DNA from: Candidatus Omnitrophota bacterium
GTDB lineage: Bacteria; Omnitrophota; Omnitrophia; Omnitrophales; JACROU01
Reading direction: 5' to 3'
DNA length: 64,000 nucleotides
NCBI GenBank assembly: GCA_016214265.1
Contig: JACROU010000034.1
Location: 5,878 to 69,877 of the forward strand
The translations under genes and the position numbers were made by a program. This document shows positions 58,101-64,000 of the stretch, piece after piece. The first letter of the stretch is position 1, and the number at the start of each line of letters is the position of its first letter. The notes beneath the pieces are model-generated. The model was given only the letters and a program-made list of their open reading frames with translations, did not search any database and was not told the DNA's origin.

Positions 58101-61100
58101 TAATATCGCCCGCCGCCGAGGTTATGAAGAACCCGCCGTTGGTAACCGTCATGACATTGCTCGCACCGCCCGTCGCCGTCACGGAATTCGAAATATCAAT
58201 AGTTCCGGCGGCAATCAAAGTCACGTTACCCCCCGCAGTAAACGGCGCGTTAACGGTGATCGATCCTGCCTTCGAGTTCAAACTTAAATTTCGCGCGACC
58301 GTAAATGTGAAATCGCTTGCATTGATCCACAAACTATCGTTGGTCTCGATTGTCAAATCGCGGCCCGAATTAAAATCGTTATAGTCAAAATAAATACTTC
58401 CAGCACCGAAAAGCGTCGAATCGGCCTTAAGAACAATGTCGCCGCCGCCTGTCGTTGTGAAGTACGGAGAATAACCGTTCGTCCACCCCAAATCCAAATC
58501 CCCGGCCGTCAGGCTGATTCCGCCTGCACCGTCGGTATCCACATTGTCATCAAAACCGGCATAACCTGTAGCCGTCATCACAAAACTCGCCGCCGAGATC
58601 CGCCAATCGGCCCAGAAGTCCCGGGCGCTGGCAATGTTGATATCACCCAGCCGCACATTACCGCCGACAGTGTTAGCGAAATAAATATTTCCCGTGCCCG
58701 CGGTCAGAGTAAAGCCCTCCACGCCGGGATTCGTTCCGTCAATCGTGTTGTAGAAGTTGATATTAGCGCCAGGAGAAGCTCCAGAATTTGTGGAATCAAG
58801 AAGGAATCCGCTCGCGGCGAAAATTACCGGCCCGTAGAAATTCATTTGGCCAACGCTGTAAATATTCGCGTCCACTGAAAAAGTCCCCCCACTTGAGTTC
58901 AGGGATCCATTGATAACCAGATTAGAAGCGTTGGTGAAATAGTCGATACTGCCATCAACGGCATTGATACTTAAATTGCAATAATCGTTAGCGCCAAAAT
59001 CTTTGATGATAAAACTGCTCGCCGTCGCGTCGCCATCGCCAACGTAGTTCCAAGTTCCCTGAGTCGTGTCATTGCCCGAAGTCAGAGTAACGTTTTCATT
59101 TCCTTTTAATTGTATCGTGGCCGGATTGGTTAGCGTTCCCGTAACGGAAAAATTTTGACCATTAAGATCGAGAGTGCCGGCAGAGTTGGTAATGTTGTTA
59201 GAAATCACAAGCGCATCTTGAAGCTGCAGCGTGCCAGAACCCGAATGTGTCATATCGTAAAAACTCGATCCACCACTCGTAAGCATCTGAGTATTGACAC
59301 TATCAAAGGTAACCATACCCACGCCTGCCGTAAATGTACCCGTACTCAGCCAGTCGCCGGCGACATTCATATTCACCGAATGACCCGTGAGATTTCCGGT
59401 AATAGAAACATTATTGAAGGAAGTGACGTTCGCACCAAGAACAGAGCCAGCGCCGTTGAAAGTTACCGTGCGAGTACCCGGAATAAATGCTGCCGAATTC
59501 GTCCAATTACCACCAACAGTGATATCACTTACATTTGAATCAAGAGTTCCCGTCGTAATATCAATATGCCTCAACGCAGTGATTGCTCCTCCGAGAGTGA
59601 ATGTCGATGAGGGGTTATTGAACTTAAGATCATAATAAGTTGTACTTGTAACATTACTGGTAATTCCGGAATATTCAAAAAGCGATGTCTGACAATCGAA
59701 AGTGCCCAAGATGACAAAAGACGTAAGAGTTGAAATGACCCCGACAGGTGTCAGCTGCGGAGACATCAGAGTGCCATCTCCTAATTGCCCAAATGCGTTA
59801 TATCCCCACGTCCAGACTGTTCCGTCAGTTTTTAGCGCCACCGTGTGAGCGCTACCCGCTGCTATCCGGGTAACAACTCCCGTAGTCTGACTTTGAACTG
59901 GAACTGATGAATCCGTCGTCGTCACATCCCCTAATTGCCCATATCCGTTATATCCCCACGCCCACACCGTCCCATCGCTCTTTAACGCTACCGTATGATA
60001 ATCGCCCGCCGTTATCCGGCTAACACCCGTGATCTGACTTTGAACAGGAATCGATGAACTATTTGTCGTACCATCTCCTAATTCACCATATCCACCATAT
60101 CCCCAAGCCCAGACTGTCCCGTCCGTCTTTAACGCCACCGTGTGTATCGTATCAGCCGCAATCCCACTCACGACGCCTGTGATTTGACTTTGAACAGGAA
60201 CCGACGAATTATTTGTTGTCCCATTACCCAATTGACCATACCAATTCCCCCCCCATGCCCACACCGTTCCGTCATTCTTTAACGCCACCGTGTGAGAAGA
60301 GCCCGCCGCGATTTCGCTCATAATTCCCGATGTTTGACTTTGAACAGGAACCGATGAATCGGTTGTCGTGCCATCCCCCAATTGGCCGAACCTGTTAAGT
60401 CCCCACGCCCAGACTGTCCCGTCATTCTTTAACGCCACCGTATGATAATAACCCGCCGTGATTTCGCTCATGATTCCCGTTGTTTGACTTTGAACGGGTA
60501 CGGACGAATCCGTTGTCGTCCCATCGCCTAACTGACCATACACGTTATACCCCCAAGCCCACACCGTTCCATCCGTCTTCAACGCTACCGTATGAGAATT
60601 ACCCGCCGCTATCCGGGTGACAATTCCCGTAATTTGACTTTGAACGGGTATGGATGAATTTGTTGTCGTGCCGTCGCCTAATTGACCGTATGAATTAAGT
60701 CCCCACGCCCACACCGTTCCGTCCGTCTTCAACGCTACCGTGTGATAATCGCCCGCCGCGATTTGGGTAACCCCGGTAAAATAACTATTGCCGGCCCACG
60801 CAAGATTCCAGTGACTTGTTCCGGCCTGAAGAGTATGAGTTGCAGATATTTTAAGCTGTCCCGTCATCGTTATTTGGTTCGTTCCCGCTTTCGACGTAGT
60901 CCCGACATCTGATCCATCTCCAAATGTAAGATTGTTGAATGTCCAATCCGTCGCGCCGCCGAAATTACCCGTGCCGACAAGTACAAAATTTCCGCCGGTA
61001 AGATTGATCGCGCCGTCACCTGACACATTTCCACCATTGACGGTAATATCACCGGTTCCCGTTAACGTCTTCGTGGCCCACACGAATAACCCTTGATCTA

Positions 61101-64000
61101 CCGTCAGACTGCCGCTTGTCACCGAATAAAGCATATCCGAATCAACCAACGCGCCCTTGGCCGTATTCAAATTCGCAATCGCGATCGGACCCGCAGTTTC
61201 GTGACGCACAATCAGCGTGCTTCCATATATATCTAGTCCCGTCACACTCGCCGGATTGACAGGAGCGATCGTAACCGTGCTTCCTTTCACCGCATTCCCC
61301 GAGATATACACATCCACATTCCCGCCATTCAACAAATCCACACTGCTGAACGTGTAAGCCCCTCCGGTAGTCACTGCCTGCTCAACAATTAATCGCCCAT
61401 CCACCGCCAGTCGAATCGTCACGCCATCCCCAATCAGGCTCACCCCGAGATCGGTATAAACATTTCCTGATACCGCCGCACCGAAATACCAGTTCGTATT
61501 TCCTAATCCATCCACACTTCCCGTCTCCGCCGCATTGATTATGGTCGCGTTCGTATTGTGCGAATCCTGGACATTGAGATAAGCAATGGTGCGCGTGCCT
61601 TGCGGATCAACATTCCACTGCGTACCGGGCGCGCTCGAGCGGAGCGACAACAGCTGGCCCGCCGCACCTTGTAACGTCATCGTCCCCGTAATCGTCTGCG
61701 TCGAACCCGCCGCGAAGGTGAGTACATCCGCCGCCGCGACCGTCTTCGTTAAATTGTAAAATGTTGTGTCGCCGGAAATCGTCTGATTAGTTCCGTTCAA
61801 CACTACCGTTCCGGTTCCCGCTATAAATGTCGCAGCGTTTGTAAAATTTCCTGTGAGAGTTAATGTGCCGCTCGTCATCGAAAAAGTACCGGCGCTCAGA
61901 TTGAGATTGCCATTCACTGTCACATTATAAGTTGATTCATCAAAATTATTCGAAATCGGAACATAACCGGTAAGAGTCGTATTGCCAAGAACGGTAACGG
62001 GTCCACCAAAAGTGATCGTTCCGCCGCCGGTTGATGTGATGAGTCCGGCGATTTCAAGATCCGCCGCCACGGGCGCCGCCGCGCCTTTTTGGACAGAGAT
62101 ATTTCTGAGCGCCAGCAATTGATCGTTCGCACCGTCGGATTCAATAATCACGCTGTCAACAGCCGGTGCCGTCAGCGAAAAATTGGAGCCGGTCAAAGTA
62201 ATGTCCCGTCCCGCATCTACCTTGCCCGATACTCTCACCCGCACGCCGCCAACTCCGTCCAAATTCGTATCCGCAGTCAGAATAATATCTGAAACCGCAC
62301 CCGCCGCCTGAATCAAAGCAAGCACATCAATATCGTCGGTTGAAGTTATGGTTATTGTCGTTCCCGAAGTGATTGTCCCATTAATCACAACACTGCCCAT
62401 TCCTCCATTCAAAACAATGTTACCGGCCCCCACCGTGAGAGCCGCATTAATTGTCACCCCGGAACCGATCGTGAGCGTTCCGCCTGATCCCGGACTTGAA
62501 TTAATCACATCATTAACTGTGATCGTAGTGCCAGACACAACAGTCACATCACCACCATTCGTCGTAATTCCAACAACTCCGTCCACGGTTCCTATGGCAA
62601 CGGCATTAGCATCTGTGTAACTGATGGCATTGCCCGCGCCAGTCACATTGGCAGCAAAAGTCGCAACATTGTTGCCTGCGTCTGTGAGCGTCACCGCACC
62701 CACTGACTGGACATCCAGACTACTTACCGCAAGTGAAGCAGATTGCGTCACCGTTCCGCCTGTGCGCAGTGAAAGTGTACTGTACGTTGCGGGTGCTGTT
62801 ATCGCCGAAGAAATAGTGATACTTCCAGAGTTTGCCGTGGAACCAATTCGTAAAGTACCCGCTGTAATTTGATCGAGTTCGGTATCTGTAAGGCCAAGCT
62901 TACCCACCGTATTCGTTCCCAAATCAATCTGGCGCGAACTGGTATTTTGAACTAACGTCACAATTCCCGAACCCACATCCACCGAGCCGGAGAATGTCAT
63001 GTCATCTGCTGTAAACGTCAGCGAGCCAGCCGAGATCGTTGAAGAGGCTGTTACATTATTTGCATTGTCGATCGTAAAAATTCCAAGCCGCGTTGTTCCG
63101 CCCACTACCGCGGAAAATGTAATGTCTCCGGAAGTTCCGGATCTCAACGTCAGATTCTCCGTCCCCGCCACCGATCCATTCAATGTTCCCTGAAAACTGA
63201 TATTAGCTCCCCCCGCCGATCCGCCGCCGTTCGTCGTGTCCAAGAGAACACCCACGTCCAAAATCACGCTGTCACTAAACGTAATCGCATTTCCCGCAGT
63301 CACAATATCCGCCGCCAAATGCGCCGTCGCTCCGGAACCGTCTAAATATATGGAAGCGTTCCCCAAACCGGTGATCTGACCGTTCACCTGAATCGAACCT
63401 CCCAAAGCCGGCGAGCGAATCGTCACGGGATCTGTAAACGTCACGGCATTAACCGTAATTAATCCGGATCCGGCCACACGACCGATCGTGATACCGCTAA
63501 AGCCATCTCCGAGAGCTGCAATATCCGTCGACGATAACGCAAGCGTTCCTGCCCCTCCGGCAATTCCGATTGCGGCCGCATCAGATGCCGGCTGCAACGT
63601 AAGTGCCGCACTGCCTGTCACTGAATTAGCGCCACCCAGAAAATCAATTCCATTTGCGGAAAGTATTAAATTATTGACACCTGCAGAAAGTGTTCCCGCG
63701 AATATCAATGAGTTGCTTCCCGCATTCAAAGTAACCGGATTATTAATCGCAACAGTGCCATCAGCGCGGAAATTATCTGCCATAGTCCATGTTCCGCTGG
63801 CGCCATTGAAGGAAACATTATTGAAGTTGCTGCCGCCTGAAGTAATACTGTTTGTTCCCGCCGTCGTAAAGTTCACCGTTCCGCCGCTGAAAGCCCCTCC
63901 AACTTTTGTATCCCAATTGCCGCTGACAGTAATGGTGTTGGCTGCCATAGTGAATGTTCCGCGAATATCAATATCCCCAACATTCACATTTCCACCAGGT
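55168..64000 (-). CDS. giant TpsA-like beta-helical exoprotein with RCC1 propellers, DUF2341 and LamG domains (5' end outside the window)
   Basis: Frame is open to the window edge; Gly/Thr/Asn-rich beta-helix repeats (V.GNWTN..TF..GT.TVTF.G); RCC1 repeats ([25 protein letters not shown]); FPVLV...I.FT......PYQVE...AWVK (DUF2341); LamG (G.IDEVRFS..ARSAEWI.TEYNNQ). Confidence 0.88.
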   Translation of the reverse strand, partial: PGGNVNVGDIDIRGTFTMAANTITVSGNWDTKVGGAFSGGTVNFTTAGTNSITSGGSNFNNVSFNGASGTWTMADNFRADGTVAINNPVTLNAGSNSLIFAGTLSAGVNNLILSANGIDFLGGANSVTGSAALTLQPASDAAAIGIAGGAGTLALSSTDIAALGDGFSGITIGRVAGSGLITVNAVTFTDPVTIRSPALGGSIQVNGQITGLGNASIYLDGSGATAHLAADIVTAGNAITFSDSVILDVGVLLDTTNGGGSAGGANISFQGTLNGSVAGTENLTLRSGTSGDITFSAVVGGTTRLGIFTIDNANNVTASSTISAGSLTFTADDMTFSGSVDVGSGIVTLVQNTSSRQIDLGTNTVGKLGLTDTELDQITAGTLRIGSTANSGSITISSAITAPATYSTLSLRTGGTVTQSASLAVSSLDVQSVGAVTLTDAGNNVATFAANVTGAGNAISYTDANAVAIGTVDGVVGITTNGGDVTVVSGTTITVNDVINSSPGSGGTLTIGSGVTINAALTVGAGNIVLNGGMGSVVINGTITSGTTITITSTDDIDVLALIQAAGAVSDIILTADTNLDGVGGVRVRVSGKVDAGRDITLTGSNFSLTAPAVDSVIIESDGANDQLLALRNISVQKGAAAPVAADLEIAGLITSTGGGTITFGGPVTVLGNTTLTGYVPISNNFDESTYNVTVNGNLNLSAGTFSMTSGTLTLTGNFTNAATFIAGTGTVVLNGTNQTISGDTTFYNLTKTVAAADVLTFAAGSTQTITGTMTLQGAAGQLLSLRSSAPGTQWNVDPQGTRTIAYLNVQDSHNTNATIINAAETGSVDGLGNTNWYFGAAVSGNVYTDLGVSLIGDGVTIRLAVDGRLIVEQAVTTGGAYTFSSVDLLNGGNVDVYISGNAVKGSTVTIAPVNPASVTGLDIYGSTLIVRHETAGPIAIANLNTAKGALVDSDMLYSVTSGSLTVDQGLFVWATKTLTGTGDITVNGGNVSGDGAINLTGGNFVLVGTGNFGGATDWTFNNLTFGDGSDVGTTSKAGTNQITMTGQLKISATHTLQAGTSHWNLAWAGNSYFTGVTQIAAGDYHTVALKTDGTVWAWGLNSYGQLGDGTTTNSSIPVQSQITGIVTRIAAGNSHTVALKTDGTVWAWGYNVYGQLGDGTTTDSSVPVQSQTTGIMSEITAGYYHTVALKNDGTVWAWGLNRFGQLGDGTTTDSSVPVQSQTSGIMSEIAAGSSHTVALKNDGTVWAWGGNWYGQLGNGTTNNSSVPVQSQITGVVSGIAADTIHTVALKTDGTVWAWGYGGYGELGDGTTNSSSIPVQSQITGVSRITAGDYHTVALKSDGTVWAWGYNGYGQLGDVTTTDSSVPVQSQTTGVVTRIAAGSAHTVALKTDGTVWTWGYNAFGQLGDGTLMSPQLTPVGVISTLTSFVILGTFDCQTSLFEYSGITSNVTSTTYYDLKFNNPSSTFTLGGAITALRHIDITTGTLDSNVSDITVGGNWTNSAAFIPGTRTVTFNGAGSVLGANVTSFNNVSITGNLTGHSVNMNVAGDWLSTGTFTAGVGMVTFDSVNTQMLTSGGSSFYDMTHSGSGTLQLQDALVISNNITNSAGTLDLNGQNFSVTGTLTNPATIQLKGNENVTLTSGNDTTQGTWNYVGDGDATASSFIIKDFGANDYCNLSINAVDGSIDYFTNASNLVINGSLNSSGGTFSVDANIYSVGQMNFYGPVIFAASGFLLDSTNSGASPGANINFYNTIDGTNPGVEGFTLTAGTGNIYFANTVGGNVRLGDINIASARDFWADWRISAASFVMTATGYAGFDDNVDTDGAGGISLTAGDLDLGWTNGYSPYFTTTGGGDIVLKADSTLFGAGSIYFDYNDFNSGRDLTIETNDSLWINASDFTFTVARNLSLNSKAGSITVNAPFTAGGNVTLIAAGTIDISNSVTATGGASNVMTVTNGGFFITSAAGDITLDGNFVQNGVGIVNLAGDINTGLGAGRTINFASDVSLTGNVVLTGDLPISTSNFDMATFDMTLNGDLTMTGGSLTAASGTQYYRGNFTISGGTFTPGTSTATFDGVGSHTITSGGASFNNVTILSGTYTLQDAFNVRGNLNIQWQSGYSSRRAIIIDRTKVPADLTGFPVLVSVTDASLIGKVQNGSNYTIKFTDALGAVMPYQVEYYDDTTGKLIAWVKADLSSVRDTTLYLDYGASATADTQNASAVWDSNYAGVWHLADGTVLSTTDSTANANNGLILGPTATAGQIDGAGSFGGINDYISIPDSNSWNLTTSDGTISVWFYVDTMPATAADAGGLVNQVNNDQNWAIYYYGDGRVGVGRAGINEIVSAGGIISSGQWYNAVVVTSAGTTTIYVNTANVASDTTAVWTDSSNPLRIGGHTYNNIPYYVAGRIDEVRFSSTARSAEWIQTEYNNQSNPSTFHTLGGEVTSASVLVAGSNSINVGGNWTNTGATFNANTGTVTFDGAGIQNITSSGTSFNNFTVNKSAGSAVLIDALDVNGNVIITAGDLASGGQNIKVAGNWTNSGTFTAGSGTVTFDGTSAQTITSGGSNFNNLTYSGSGTLEPTDALTMAGDLQVTAGSLIGTKNIAVQGGDVTGDGTINLIGGTFSLAGTGNFGGATDWTFNHLTFGDGATAEVTSKILANQVTVSGQLTVELNHRLEAGSGTWNLNTTAVGTLSNISQIAGGGYFTVALTMDGLVYAWGYNAQGQLGDGTTNNSSVPVEVLGVGGVGFLKNISFIKTGYDHTVALKSDGSRVYAWGSNDHGQLGNNGATGNSSTPVEVLGVGGVDYLQNISQIDTGLFHTVALKSGEGPKVYAWGGNNKGQLGDGTMNDALVPVEVLGMGGIGNLQDIVQVAAGFYHTVALKTDGTVLAWGDNASGQLGDGTMNDSSVPVEVVDISGFGILLNISQIDAGSYHSVALSNNGFWASAVWDS
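59760..60770 (-). repeat. seven ~150-bp tandem coding repeats (RCC1 seven-bladed propeller)
   Basis: About 50-aa units with high nucleotide similarity, e.g. recurring tgactttgaac and ccccacgcccacaccgt. Confidence 0.9.

Noticed and set aside
59760-60770. Regular ~150-bp repeats as a possible CRISPR array or DGR template/variable pair
   Set aside because: In-frame RCC1 coding repeats that differ largely at synonymous sites; no unique spacers, and no cas or reverse transcriptase gene in the window.

Overview
Gene-dense bacterial chromosome segment from a diderm; the giant beta-helical exoprotein and gene content suggest a PVC-group lineage such as Omnitrophota (inference only). Nearly all genes are on the minus strand. 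Left to right: alpha/beta-hydrolase, pncB, pncA, efp, pgeF, secreted glucoamylase-family glycosidase and DD-carboxypeptidase; GH57/DUF4912 glucan pair; a large phosphate/polyphosphate locus (sixA, CYTH-CHAD, ppk1, ppx, ROK kinase, phoU, pstBACS, porin, phoR, phoB) headed by crcB-DUF190; a metal-uptake operon led by a His/CxxC/RAPP upstream ORF; an ars operon led by a DUF134 protein instead of ArsR; an ~8 kb porin-PBP-kinase-phosphorelay cassette beside tRNA-His; the rib/nusB/rluD/lgt/lspA/dksA housekeeping block; a B12 radical SAM enzyme; a divergent pgi; and a two-partner secretion pair whose >3700-aa passenger carries two RCC1 propellers and a DUF2341-LamG insert and is broken by an out-of-frame deletion. 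The strongest candidates for undescribed biology are (1) a RAPP arrest-peptide leader whose 3' end can pair with the downstream Shine-Dalgarno, (2) shared Pho-box-like 11-bp repeats placing the fluoride channel crcB in the Pho regulon, (3) a DUF134 arsenic regulator with its own palindromic operator, and (4) a repeat-bounded signalling island at tRNA-His. All calls come from reading motifs by eye; no searches were run.
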